DNA from: Staphylococcus phage SAC
Strand: one strand, 5' to 3'
Sequence record: OR234014.1
DNA length: 64,000 bases
Each line of letters begins with the position of its first letter. Position 1 is the stretch's first letter. Positions 17,013-26,553 of the stretch are shown one piece after another. Under the pieces are notes generated by a model, which worked only from the letters and a program-made list of their open reading frames with translations, searched no databases and was not told the origin of the DNA. The translations under genes and the position numbers were made by a program.

Positions 17013-17537
17013 TTACTCAATAGTTCCAATACATACTTTTGATTCAGGTAATAAATCTTCTGGAATGTCTTCTACTAAAACTACATTACTTACAATATTA
17101 CCTACTTCACTTAAAGTAAAAACATCTGCCTCAACCAACCCATAAAAGTCTATAATATGTTGTTTATATTTATGATTACATACTACTAAAGGTACATTGT
17201 ACTCAAACGCTAAGAGTTTAACAGTAAATGAATTAATACTATTTTTATCAGTCCCTATTTGTAAAAGAGATTCATATGATTCTACCTCTAAATCATATGT
17301 GTCTACTTCTCGTGAACTTAACACTAAAGATTCTCTCTTTTTTAATGCCTCTAGAAAAGTGTCATAATAGTACTTTGATAACTCTTTATCTCTTTCTAGT
17401 ATACGTTTTAGCGTACTAATTGCTTTATTTCTACCTTGTTCAACTTCATTATAATAAATATCTGCCAAATATTCTCTATCTATGTTAATATCCCATTCTC
17501 TTTCAATAATATTTATAATTTTACCTAAATTTTTCAT
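17013..17537 (-). CDS. hypothetical protein
   Basis: 174-aa ORF. Confidence 0.5.
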   Translation of the reverse strand: MKNLGKIINIIEREWDINIDREYLADIYYNEVEQGRNKAISTLKRILERDKELSKYYYDTFLEALKKRESLVLSSREVDTYDLEVESYESLLQIGTDKNSINSFTVKLLAFEYNVPLVVCNHKYKQHIIDFYGLVEADVFTLSEVGNIVSNVVLVEDIPEDLLPESKVCIGTIE

Positions 17538-17554
17538 TATTCATACCCCTTTTT

Positions 17555-18451
17555 TTAAAATACCACAGTATTATTATTCAATGTTTCCTCTACTATTTCC
17601 TGTATATCAATTGCTTTTTGCACATACCTGTTAGTTAGTAGTATACCATCTCTATATACCTTAACATTAGATACATCATTACTCACTACAAATTCGTATT
17701 TACTTGTTTTAGTAGCAGTAATTTTAAAATAAGGTTTAATATCTACCTTTAATTTATACCCATTAATAGTTCTTACTTCTTTTACCCAGTCGTATAAATC
17801 AATTCTAACAAATCTACAGTAAGCTTCATACTTATCACAAAAATCTTCTAGTGTACTAAAGTTTTGTACATAACCATTCTTTGTAATTTTAGCAGTTAAA
17901 TCACCATAAATATATATTGTAATATAACCTAACACATATTCATTCCTATGATTAAGCAATTCATTTTTAAATGTATGCTTAGCTGTGACAGGTACTTTAT
18001 TAAGTATATCTTTTAATTTATTTACTTCATCTTGTTTTAATAAGATACTCGACTCATATGTTACATTATTAATAATGTATTGGTATTTTGTATTAGAATC
18101 GTAGATGTATTCATACGTATCTTTATACACTACCTTTTTTAAGTACTTATCGTTAACATGTAAGATAATTTTGTCTTCATTACTAGAAGAGTCAATAGTT
18201 ACAGTAGAGACAGTATACTCTTTCTTTATGTTTTCAATTACCTCTTCTACTTTAGTTTGAATAATGTGTTCAGTAGGTGTTATATACTTTTCATAGTACT
18301 CAGAAGCCATGTCTTTAGTATATTGACTATAGTTAATATCTGCGTCTTCTTTACGTTTTTTTGCTTTGCTTAAATCTGGTATAACAATAATTAGTACACT
18401 TAGCAATATAATACCTAAAACAATTAAAAATGTAATCACCATACCTACCAT
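17555..18451 (-). CDS. membrane-anchored protein (N-terminal TM)
   Basis: 298 aa. N-terminal MVGMVITFLIVLGIILLSVLIIVIP followed by a K/R stop-transfer sequence. Confidence 0.5.
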   Translation of the reverse strand: MVGMVITFLIVLGIILLSVLIIVIPDLSKAKKRKEDADINYSQYTKDMASEYYEKYITPTEHIIQTKVEEVIENIKKEYTVSTVTIDSSSNEDKIILHVNDKYLKKVVYKDTYEYIYDSNTKYQYIINNVTYESSILLKQDEVNKLKDILNKVPVTAKHTFKNELLNHRNEYVLGYITIYIYGDLTAKITKNGYVQNFSTLEDFCDKYEAYCRFVRIDLYDWVKEVRTINGYKLKVDIKPYFKITATKTSKYEFVVSNDVSNVKVYRDGILLTNRYVQKAIDIQEIVEETLNNNTVVF

Positions 18452-18702
18452 TCCCCTTCCTCCTCTATATCTCTTTTTATTGCATATTCAATTAAATCTT
18501 CTTTGTCATATGGTATCATATACCAACTACCATAACTATAAATCATTATACCTAGTTCAGTAAGCTCATAATGTGTCCTATTTAATACGCATAAAAAGTC
18601 AGCACCTGACTCACCATCTACAGTATCTAACCAACAAATATATGGTAATCTATCCATAACATTAAGTATATGTTTATGTTCGTCTGAATTAAATTTTATC
18701 AA
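18445..18702 (-). CDS. hypothetical protein
   Basis: 85 aa, overlaps its neighbours. Confidence 0.45.
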   Translation of the reverse strand: MIKFNSDEHKHILNVMDRLPYICWLDTVDGESGADFLCVLNRTHYELTELGIMIYSYGSWYMIPYDKEDLIEYAIKRDIEEEGEW

Positions 18703-19408
18703 TTTCTTTCACTCCTTTAAAGAAATCGTAAGCTAATTTAATTTTCTTTGAGACTTCTTTTATTCTATCTTCTTCGTACTCAAGTGTAGGTTCTAGTTTA
18801 CCAAACTCTTCAAGGGTATATTCATTATAATTACTAATAATTCTATCATAATCAGGTAAATAAGTTACATGCTCGTCAAAATCAAGTACATTACTTATAG
18901 TATATATACTTATTCCAAATACGTCAAGAGTATTAGCATAATATAATGTTGTATTAGTTAGGTTTGTACCACCGAAATCTGCACCTTTTAAATTAGCCTT
19001 ACTTAAGTTAGCATTTTTCATATTAGCCCACCTAGCGTCTGCTTCACTTACATTAGCTTCAGCTAAGCAGGCATTTTCTAAGTTTGCTTTTACTAAATTA
19101 GCCCCCTCTAAGTTAGTATGATACAACTCAATATCATTCATTCTAGCATGTGTAAATCTCGTAGATATACACTCATTGTAACTTAAATCAGAATAACTTA
19201 AATCACAATAACTTAGGTTAGCATCACTTAAACTAGACATTACAATAGTTGAATATTGAAGGTCAGCGGAATGAAAGTCAAGATTTCTTAAATCTACACA
19301 CTGTAAAAAAAGCTTTTCTCCTTCCTTTTCATTTGTAGCTAGCCATTGTTCATGCTTTTCTATCAATAAATCTAATTCAGGTTGTGTTATCCTTTTTAAG
19401 TCTTGCAT
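18689..19408 (-). CDS. pentapeptide-repeat protein PRP-2
   Basis: Runs of A(N/D)L(S/T)xA(N/D)L pentapeptides (ANLSYCDLSYSDLSYNE...ANLVKANLENACLAEANVSEADARWANMKNANLSKANLKGADF). The C-terminal 'VTYLPDYDR...LAYDFF' resembles PRP-1 and PRP-3. Confidence 0.75.
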   Translation of the reverse strand: MQDLKRITQPELDLLIEKHEQWLATNEKEGEKLFLQCVDLRNLDFHSADLQYSTIVMSSLSDANLSYCDLSYSDLSYNECISTRFTHARMNDIELYHTNLEGANLVKANLENACLAEANVSEADARWANMKNANLSKANLKGADFGGTNLTNTTLYYANTLDVFGISIYTISNVLDFDEHVTYLPDYDRIISNYNEYTLEEFGKLEPTLEYEEDRIKEVSKKIKLAYDFFKGVKEIDKI

Positions 19409-19614
19409 TATTCCACGTCCTTTAATACAATTTGCTCTATATTAAATCTATTAAATCCATATACATAAGCTTTTAAATCGTCAATATCAATTTTACTTTT
19501 AGGTAAACAAATAACATCATAGTCTGCCTCAATAATTACTTTAGTACTTGTAACTGTTATAATTATTTCTTTATCTTGATTTATATAATCTTCAATTAAA
19601 TCTTTTAAACACAT
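19408..19614 (-). CDS. hypothetical protein
   Basis: 68 aa. ATGA-coupled to PRP-2. Confidence 0.45.
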   Translation of the reverse strand: MCLKDLIEDYINQDKEIIITVTSTKVIIEADYDVICLPKSKIDIDDLKAYVYGFNRFNIEQIVLKDVE

Positions 19615-19619
19615 TATTA

Positions 19620-20171
19620 TCAGTCCTTTAATCTTTTATGAATGTCTTTTAATTCTACATAATACTTATGTGCTGTTTTCTTTACACCTTCTATACTATT
19701 TAATAGTAAAGATTTATTTCTTTCAAGTTCAACAATATTTTTGTTAATTATATCTTTTGTCTTAGGGTTTCTTGTTTTAATCATGCTGATATGTGCTTCA
19801 TGGATACTAATATCTATTCTATCTAATTTAGTAAATAGAGGTGTAACAGTTCTTTTTAGCTTACCTTTAATATACGTATCTATTTGTTCTCTTGCTTCTT
19901 TTATACCTTCCCAATTATCATCTTCAGTATCTATAACTGTAATAATAGTTAGATGCTTATCAATAACAATTCTATAATTTTTAAATACATATACTTCATT
20001 ACCGCCTTTTTGTGTATGTTCAAAAGTAGCTTGCATTAAAGCACTAGCAAACCACTGACAAGCACGTTCTTTACTATCGTTACTAACTCTTAAAGTATAA
20101 CGTTCATACGCATGTTTAGTTAGGTTAATATGCTTACTCTTTATGGGTTTTCGTTGTTCTACAATGTTCAT
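19620..20171 (-). CDS. hypothetical basic protein
   Basis: 183-aa ORF. Confidence 0.5.
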   Translation of the reverse strand: MNIVEQRKPIKSKHINLTKHAYERYTLRVSNDSKERACQWFASALMQATFEHTQKGGNEVYVFKNYRIVIDKHLTIITVIDTEDDNWEGIKEAREQIDTYIKGKLKRTVTPLFTKLDRIDISIHEAHISMIKTRNPKTKDIINKNIVELERNKSLLLNSIEGVKKTAHKYYVELKDIHKRLKD

Positions 20172-20189
20172 AATTAATCATCCTTATAT

Positions 20190-20846
20190 CTATTTACGTT
20201 TACTAAAAAAGCAGTAAGCATCTCTTATTTCCTCAAGTTTACTATTATTTCCTTCATTCATCTCTAATCCCTTTTCTAAAAACGCTTCTAAACTACCTAT
20301 CCAACACCCTGCGTATACTCTATCTAAGCTAGGAATATAAGTCACTTTACCATTAAAAGTTCCAATATTATCTATAGAGTATACTTTTAGTCCTTTGATA
20401 TTTTGAGTACTTGCTTGGGATAATTTAGCATCTGTTAAATTGGTATTTGTTAAGTCTGCATATTCTAAATTAGCCTCATTTAATCTGGAATCTGTTAAAT
20501 TAGCTTTTCTTAAATCAGCATAATATAAATCAGTTCCATATAAAACAGAACCTTCTAAGTTAGCATCATCTAAATCAACACAGCTTAAGTTAGCACGTGT
20601 TAAGTTAGCTCTTGTTAAATCCGCACCTTTTAAGATAGCACCTCTTAAATTAGTATCCTCTAAATCAGCATACCTTAAGACAGCACCTCTTAAATTAGCA
20701 CTCCTTAAGTCAGCATCTACTAAATTAGCATTTCTTAAGATAGTATAACTTAAATCTGCTTTAGCTCCTTCTTCACTATTACTATCTAACCATAATTTAT
20801 GCTCTTCTAAAACTTTATGTAGTTCTTCTTTTGTTATTGTTTTCAT
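20190..20846 (-). CDS. pentapeptide-repeat protein PRP-3 (start reassigned to the internal Met)
   Basis: The ORF track gives 20190..20984. RBS GGAGA sits before the ATG at 20846 and the N-terminus is MKTITKEELHKVLEEHKLW, as in PRP-1. Repeats ADLRSANLRGAVLRYADLEDTNLRGAILKGADLTRANL. Confidence 0.75.
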   Translation of the reverse strand: MKTITKEELHKVLEEHKLWLDSNSEEGAKADLSYTILRNANLVDADLRSANLRGAVLRYADLEDTNLRGAILKGADLTRANLTRANLSCVDLDDANLEGSVLYGTDLYYADLRKANLTDSRLNEANLEYADLTNTNLTDAKLSQASTQNIKGLKVYSIDNIGTFNGKVTYIPSLDRVYAGCWIGSLEAFLEKGLEMNEGNNSKLEEIRDAYCFFSKRK

Positions 20847-20868
20847 TGTTATTCTCCTATACCCTTTA

Positions 20869-21375
20869 TTAATTTGCTTGTACTCCAGCCTCAGCCTTTT
20901 CTTGTTGCGAGCGTTGTAACCATTGCTCAAAGCTCTCATTAGCACCTGCATAATTCCATGAGGCTCCTCCGCCTCCACCGCCACTAGCTTTATCTACTTC
21001 AGTTCTGTTTTCTAATTCTGCTTGTGCTTGTTGAGCTTCTCTATACTGATTGTATTTGTCCGCATACTCAGCATTAGATAGTCCATTATGTTCACTTCTG
21101 CTTGCCTCTTGCATTTGTTCGTTCTGTTGTGCTTGGTTACCTTGTACTTGGTTATCTTGTTGGTTATTTTGAACAGTGTTGTCTTCTTGAATTTGTTTAT
21201 TTTCTTGTTCTTCTACTTTAGATGAACCATCTTTCTTATTTTCTTTCTTATTTTCTTTCTTATCTTCTTTATAATCATGTGTTGGTGTATCTTCTTGTGA
21301 GTAGTAAGCACAACCTCCTAATAATAGTGTAGTGCTAAAGAATACTCCTGTTAAAATTTTATATAAGTTTTTCAT
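20869..21375 (-). CDS. phage lipoprotein (lipobox LLGGC), Q/N-rich with a Gly6 run
   Basis: MKNLYKILTGVFFSTTLLLGG|CAYY is a signal peptidase II lipobox. ATG at 21375 has RBS GGAG. Low-complexity Q/E/N-rich body with GGGGGG. Confidence 0.6.
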   Translation of the reverse strand: MKNLYKILTGVFFSTTLLLGGCAYYSQEDTPTHDYKEDKKENKKENKKDGSSKVEEQENKQIQEDNTVQNNQQDNQVQGNQAQQNEQMQEASRSEHNGLSNAEYADKYNQYREAQQAQAELENRTEVDKASGGGGGGASWNYAGANESFEQWLQRSQQEKAEAGVQAN

Positions 21376-21509
21376 ATTTATCAATCTCCTTTTTCTTTGT
21401 TAAGTTAATTATACAACTTGTTATTTAGTAAGTCAACATTTATTTTTTCTTTTTTGTCATTTTATTTTGATACTCTTTTAATTGTGTTCTTTGTTCTGGC
21501 GTTAGCATG

Positions 21510-21755
21510 TTATACATCTCCTTTTAAAATTAATTCTAAATACTTAAATAATAAATCTAATGACTCAGTACTTTTTAAACTTTTCATATTAGTAAGTTCT
21601 AAACCTTTTTTAGTTCTTATATACACTTTTCTATTTGTAAAGTCTTTTATACTATAATCTACAAGACTAACCGATGTATTTAAGTTATGTTGTGTATTTA
21701 GATTATCACTAATCAATTCCAACGTCAAGCGTTTTTGTTTATTTAAATTTTTCAT
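21510..21755 (-). CDS. hypothetical protein
   Basis: 81-aa ORF. Confidence 0.4.
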   Translation of the reverse strand: MKNLNKQKRLTLELISDNLNTQHNLNTSVSLVDYSIKDFTNRKVYIRTKKGLELTNMKSLKSTESLDLLFKYLELILKGDV

Positions 21756-21757
21756 TT

Positions 21758-22072
21758 TTACTGTCCTCTCTGTAATTTATAATACGTATACATATCTTTA
21801 CATACTAGTTTAGCAAAATAATTTATCATGTATTGTGCTGTCGTTTTTTTAATTCTATCATAATGAAAGTCAATAATAGGAGTTGCTACACTAAACCTAC
21901 CTATATAATTACCGTTATCTCTAACTTCAAATACTAATGTATCTTCTTTCCAGTTAATAATCTTAAATGTTTCTGTGGTACTTAATTCTTTTGGAAAAGA
22001 CCACCACTCTTTGTAAGTTGCTAATATTTCTATAGCATTAGATAGCTGTCTATGAACTTTTTCTTTACACAT
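21758..22072 (-). CDS. hypothetical protein
   Basis: 104-aa ORF. Confidence 0.5.
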   Translation of the reverse strand: MCKEKVHRQLSNAIEILATYKEWWSFPKELSTTETFKIINWKEDTLVFEVRDNGNYIGRFSVATPIIDFHYDRIKKTTAQYMINYFAKLVCKDMYTYYKLQRGQ

Positions 22073-22089
22073 AAAAAATCACCTCTAAC

Positions 22090-22133
22090 GTTTTGTTACT
22101 CTTAGTATAAAGCAACATGTTAAAGGTGTCAAC
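22090..22133 (-). promoter_or_regulatory. class-2-like promoter (degenerate)
   Basis: Minus-strand 'gTGTTGACAcctttaacatgttgctTTATACtaagagta'. Confidence 0.35.
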
Positions 22134-22135
22134 AC

Positions 22136-22438
22136 TTATTTTTGATTTTCTAAATCTTTATTTGATTCTGATATTGTAAACTGTAAACTTTTTGCTAAAT
22201 GACCAAGTGCAATACGTTCAGGCACTTTTAAACCTACCTTATCAAAATAGGTGTATACTAATCCTCCCTCAACAATTAACATAATAATACCATCTACAAC
22301 ACATAAATACTTATTTTCTTTTGTAACTAGTTTTACTTCTTTATTTAATAAATTACTTGCTAATTCTTGAATACTAACCAAGATACTATGTGTAATATGG
22401 ATTAAATTTCTATATTTTTCTGTATACATACTAACCAC
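22136..22438 (-). CDS. hypothetical protein
   Basis: 100-aa ORF. Confidence 0.5.
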   Translation of the reverse strand: MVSMYTEKYRNLIHITHSILVSIQELASNLLNKEVKLVTKENKYLCVVDGIIMLIVEGGLVYTYFDKVGLKVPERIALGHLAKSLQFTISESNKDLENQK

Positions 22439-22441
22439 CCT

Positions 22442-22726
22442 TTAGAATATAATATTTGTTATGCCTTTATTATATAAATCTTTAGTAAACTTGTCAAGCG
22501 CAATACGTGCTACTTTTAATTCTTGCATAAAACTTTCTACTTCACTAGCATTTACATATGTACATGGTATTTTTAATTCCAAGAGTAACTTTTCTGTAGT
22601 ATACCCTATAATTTCAGGGGTATATTTGTTTACTGATTTTTTAAAAGATGATACTTCATACTTACCTTCATTATCTATGACACAAATATAATATCCTCTA
22701 CATTCATTCTCATATACTACTTCCAT
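22442..22726 (-). CDS. hypothetical protein
   Basis: 94-aa ORF. Confidence 0.5.
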   Translation of the reverse strand: MEVVYENECRGYYICVIDNEGKYEVSSFKKSVNKYTPEIIGYTTEKLLLELKIPCTYVNASEVESFMQELKVARIALDKFTKDLYNKGITNIIF

Positions 22727-22990
22727 TTAGTAACCTCCTATCAAATACTTTATCATTATATAACTAAGTATAAAAGGTACTAATACTAGAGTAGCCCAAA
22801 CTAACGTAATAATAACTTGATGAATCAAATAAGGTAATAAACCTTTAACCCATCCCTTACGAACATAATACTTAATAACTATATCAGATATTAAAGAAGT
22901 TAATTTCCAGACTTCCCATAAGTACCAAATAAATACACCTACATAAAACAATAAAATAAAACCTAACATGAGTTTATCTACTATATCCAT
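22727..22990 (-). CDS. small membrane protein (2-3 TM)
   Basis: 87 aa with three hydrophobic segments. Confidence 0.45.
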   Translation of the reverse strand: MDIVDKLMLGFILLFYVGVFIWYLWEVWKLTSLISDIVIKYYVRKGWVKGLLPYLIHQVIITLVWATLVLVPFILSYIMIKYLIGGY

Positions 22991-22999
22991 TTATATCAC

Positions 23000-23251
23000 C
23001 TACCTATATCCTTTTGTAGCAAGGTCTACAATTTTATGTTGCAAGAACTTGTAATTATCTTTAAATATTTTTAATTCATCTTTACCAAATGTATGTTTAA
23101 TTTCTTTCTTAACTGTCCATGTAGTTTTACCTTCTAATACTTTACTTAGTACATCTAAACCAATTGGAATTATACGCTCATCAGGTAAAACACCGTTCTT
23201 AATACTTACGACCACAATATGCAAATTATCTAAATCACTTTTTTTCATCAT
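23000..23251 (-). CDS. hypothetical protein
   Basis: 83-aa ORF. Confidence 0.45.
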   Translation of the reverse strand: MMKKSDLDNLHIVVVSIKNGVLPDERIIPIGLDVLSKVLEGKTTWTVKKEIKHTFGKDELKIFKDNYKFLQHKIVDLATKGYR

Positions 23252-23287
23252 TTATCATCTCCTTATATTTAAACTATAACACAGCAT

Positions 23288-23316
23288 AAAAAAAGAGTCA
23301 AGCATAAACTTGACTC
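23288..23316 (-). terminator. rho-independent terminator
   Basis: Stem gagtcaag / cttgactc with loop cataaa. Minus-strand T7 run follows. Confidence 0.6.
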
Positions 23317-23391
23317 AATCCTTGTTAAATAAATAATATATAATAGCAAAACATACTAGTATAATTACTACTGTCATAGACTATCATACCT

Positions 23392-23790
23392 TTACTTTTT
23401 ATTTAGTACTGCTTCAAACCTATACTTATGTACTGGATTATTGTCATTATCCTCCGTATACACACGAATAAGTTTAAAGTTTACACCTTCTCTAAATTTA
23501 CTAGTCCTATAATATCTCATATCAATACTTTTATCACTTGTTCTTCCTGGTAAATAGGTAGGTAGTTTTTCCATAAAGTATGCTTTGTTGTCTACTACTT
23601 TCTTAAGCGTGTAATCTCCTACGTACTCTACATTCTTATCTTTTTTTAGTTTACCATGATGTGTTAATTGGTCTGTAACTTGTGATTTGGTTTTTTCATG
23701 ATATAAGTATGAGGACACGTAATAAGTAGATATAGATAAAGCTAACATAACTAAGATAATTACATAAGCAATTATTGCTTTTTTACTCAT
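23392..23790 (-). CDS. membrane-anchored protein (N-terminal TM)
   Basis: 132 aa. MSKKAIIAYVIILVMLALSISTYYV. Confidence 0.5.
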   Translation of the reverse strand: MSKKAIIAYVIILVMLALSISTYYVSSYLYHEKTKSQVTDQLTHHGKLKKDKNVEYVGDYTLKKVVDNKAYFMEKLPTYLPGRTSDKSIDMRYYRTSKFREGVNFKLIRVYTEDNDNNPVHKYRFEAVLNKK

Positions 23791-23825
23791 AGCGCACCAT
23801 CCTTTACTACTTATAATATAATAAC

Positions 23826-24461
23826 TTAGTCTATAACTTTAATACATTTTAACAGTAAAGGACAATATATCATTCTATTGTCTCCGACAAGTTCTTTTAG
23901 TTTAAGAAAATGTTTTAAATAATAGTCAGGATTTTTTAACTCATAATACTTTAGTAGTGCTTCTTCCATACTACTATCAAAGTAGTGCTTATCAACAATT
24001 TCTAAATGTGTAATAAGATTATTTGACATTAAACTTAATTTATCTTTAATCTTTACATCACTAATACTTGTACCTACTTTAATGTCATTAATCATATCAG
24101 CCTGAGTATAATCTATATCAGTATTTTCTATCTTAATTAGTGGTTGCATAACATGCGCTTTCTCATACACACTCCTAGGAACTTGACCTATTAGATGGTC
24201 GAAAGCAGGGTCTTCAGATACATACCCTACATCTATACCTATATACTGACCACTTTCTATATGGTCGGAGTTATAATCTTCTGGTATTGTACATAGGTAT
24301 AAATTACTTTCATTAATCTCTTTACTAGAAGTATCAAAGTCAGGTACTAAGTCTTGTAAAGATTCTTTGTTAAATAAACTATTTTCTATTCCTTGTATAG
24401 TTAAATTATTATCAATGCTCTTTACATTATACAAGTAATCTACAATTCGTTCTTTGCGCAT
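23826..24461 (-). CDS. hypothetical protein
   Basis: 211-aa ORF. Confidence 0.5.
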   Translation of the reverse strand: MRKERIVDYLYNVKSIDNNLTIQGIENSLFNKESLQDLVPDFDTSSKEINESNLYLCTIPEDYNSDHIESGQYIGIDVGYVSEDPAFDHLIGQVPRSVYEKAHVMQPLIKIENTDIDYTQADMINDIKVGTSISDVKIKDKLSLMSNNLITHLEIVDKHYFDSSMEEALLKYYELKNPDYYLKHFLKLKELVGDNRMIYCPLLLKCIKVID

Positions 24462-24471
24462 ATGACACCTC

Positions 24472-24915
24472 TTATTCTACCTCGATAGTATCTTCTAAGG
24501 CTTTCTCTTTTAAATCTGATTTTCTTTCAATATTATACAAATCTAAAATATAATATAAACCATTCTTATGAATGTTATACTTTTTATAGATACTTTGTAA
24601 ATCCATATATTGATAATCTTTAATTAAGGCTTGTACTTTATTCTTATCATTAGTAATATGTTTTACACGTTTTGCTACTCTAGATTTCTTATGTTTCTTA
24701 GGTACTTTATAGAAGTTTAACACTGTATAAATCAAACCCATACTTACTTTAGCTTCCTTAGCAATATCAGTCACAGGTACACCTTTATTATAACTTGTAA
24801 CAATATATTCTTCTTTTGGTGTATTGAACTCTTTATTCTTACTTAATGGCGTATAGTTGCTTTTATTTTCTAATAATGCTTTCTCTTCTTCATTTAATGT
24901 AATAATCATAATCAA
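24472..24915 (-). CDS. putative HTH DNA-binding protein
   Basis: 147 aa. 'VTDIAKEAKVSMGLIYTVL' is HTH-like. Basic C-terminus. Confidence 0.4.
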   Translation of the reverse strand: MIMIITLNEEEKALLENKSNYTPLSKNKEFNTPKEEYIVTSYNKGVPVTDIAKEAKVSMGLIYTVLNFYKVPKKHKKSRVAKRVKHITNDKNKVQALIKDYQYMDLQSIYKKYNIHKNGLYYILDLYNIERKSDLKEKALEDTIEVE

Positions 24916-24973
24916 TTGCTCCTTTTATTGTTTGTAATAAAAGAATAACACACCCATATGAGTGTGTCAATCA

Positions 24974-25432
24974 TTAATTTTTAATTTTATTAAGTTTATC
25001 TTCATTATATAAAGATGTTTCTCCTGAAAGTGCATAGAAATAATTACCTTTACTATCTACTAAAATATCTTTAACCTTAGCTACATCTGATTCTTGATTA
25101 TCTCTTACATATTCTACAATTGTGTTCTTAGGGAACTTAACTTTTGTAGATTCTACATAATCGTCTTCTAAATAAACATCAAAAGTTAGTAAAGAATTAA
25201 TAGATACATTATACAGTACCCAATACCTTTTATAGAACATGGTTTCTTTATCTAAGTCTCTTGACACTTCAGTAAACTTATGTTTTCCAGTACTTAGTCT
25301 AAGTAATATATCTCCTTGGTTCTCTTGTTTAACTCTAAGTACATCACCTTTATGTAGGTGTGTTATAATATCTACTATATCTGTAAGTGGTTTAACATCT
25401 TTTATTGGAATTAAACTAATTTCTTCTGTCAT
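24974..25432 (-). CDS. hypothetical protein
   Basis: 152-aa ORF. Confidence 0.5.
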   Translation of the reverse strand: MTEEISLIPIKDVKPLTDIVDIITHLHKGDVLRVKQENQGDILLRLSTGKHKFTEVSRDLDKETMFYKRYWVLYNVSINSLLTFDVYLEDDYVESTKVKFPKNTIVEYVRDNQESDVAKVKDILVDSKGNYFYALSGETSLYNEDKLNKIKN

Positions 25433-25449
25433 ATGTATTACCTCATTAT

Positions 25450-26181
25450 CTATATTGTATAGCCTACTCTATCTAATGTATCTTTTAACTTTCTTCCTTC
25501 TTCATCTAAATCTAAGTTTTTATAGAACTCTTCTTGTAATTGCTCCATTCTTTGAAGAACTTCTTCATGTTTATCTTCAGGAATAAACTCAAGCATAACT
25601 TCTGTCATAGCAGTATCTTGTGCTTGTTGTTTAATCATTAGTTCTCTTAGTCCTATGAATGACATACCTTTTAGTTGGTTACCCGTAATTCTATCTTTTG
25701 TTTCCATAGCTTTAATCATTAAAGCAGGGTCTAATGTTTCTACAAAGTTTAAACCTTTAGCACCTTTTTGAATAATCATATCTAGTATTTGAATATCATC
25801 ATATATTGTTTGTACATTCTGTGTAGCCAGTTCAAAAGGTGTATAATTTTCACTATCTAATTCTTTCATAGGGTTTTCTTTTTTTTGTATCTGAGTAGCA
25901 CTAACTTTCTTTCTTTTATCAATAAGTTCACCTAAGTCCCATCCATTTTCAATAGCTTCTTTACGTTTACTCTTATATCTTGTAATAGCAGATTTGGATA
26001 ACTCTAAGTCATACTCTTTACATAGGTCTATAATATCATCATAGCTAACATCTTCATCTATAGCATTATCCACTTTAGACCTTAATAGTTTATTATTATA
26101 TAATTTAGATAGAATACTTTCCTTATCTGGAACTACCTTTATATCAGATTTTTTATTTCTTAAATTCTTTTTTCTAGCCAT
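25450..26181 (-). CDS. hypothetical protein
   Basis: 243-aa ORF. Long AT-rich promoter region upstream (26182-26553). Confidence 0.5.
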   Translation of the reverse strand: MARKKNLRNKKSDIKVVPDKESILSKLYNNKLLRSKVDNAIDEDVSYDDIIDLCKEYDLELSKSAITRYKSKRKEAIENGWDLGELIDKRKKVSATQIQKKENPMKELDSENYTPFELATQNVQTIYDDIQILDMIIQKGAKGLNFVETLDPALMIKAMETKDRITGNQLKGMSFIGLRELMIKQQAQDTAMTEVMLEFIPEDKHEEVLQRMEQLQEEFYKNLDLDEEGRKLKDTLDRVGYTI

Positions 26182-26553
26182 TATATGTTCCCTTCTTGTC
26201 TCAAGTGTCTTTACATATGTGTGAACTAAAATAAGGAGTATGTATATTTACATAACCTTATCAAATCAACTGTTTTATACTTTACACTATATAATATATC
26301 ACAATTTCTGCACCTATTTTATTTTCATAATAGATACTCTAATTTTTTACACTACATTGTAAATATTTTAAGCAATATAAATCTTTTTTCTAAAACCCTA
26401 TACCTAAAAGGTATTTTAATGTTTTATAAATATAATTTTAAAATAAGAATAATACCTTTTAAAAATTAACTAACTACTTGAAAAAATATGTATAAAAAAT
26501 CCCTTATATACGTATATTTATACCTTAGTATACATATTTAAGGGAGTATTATA

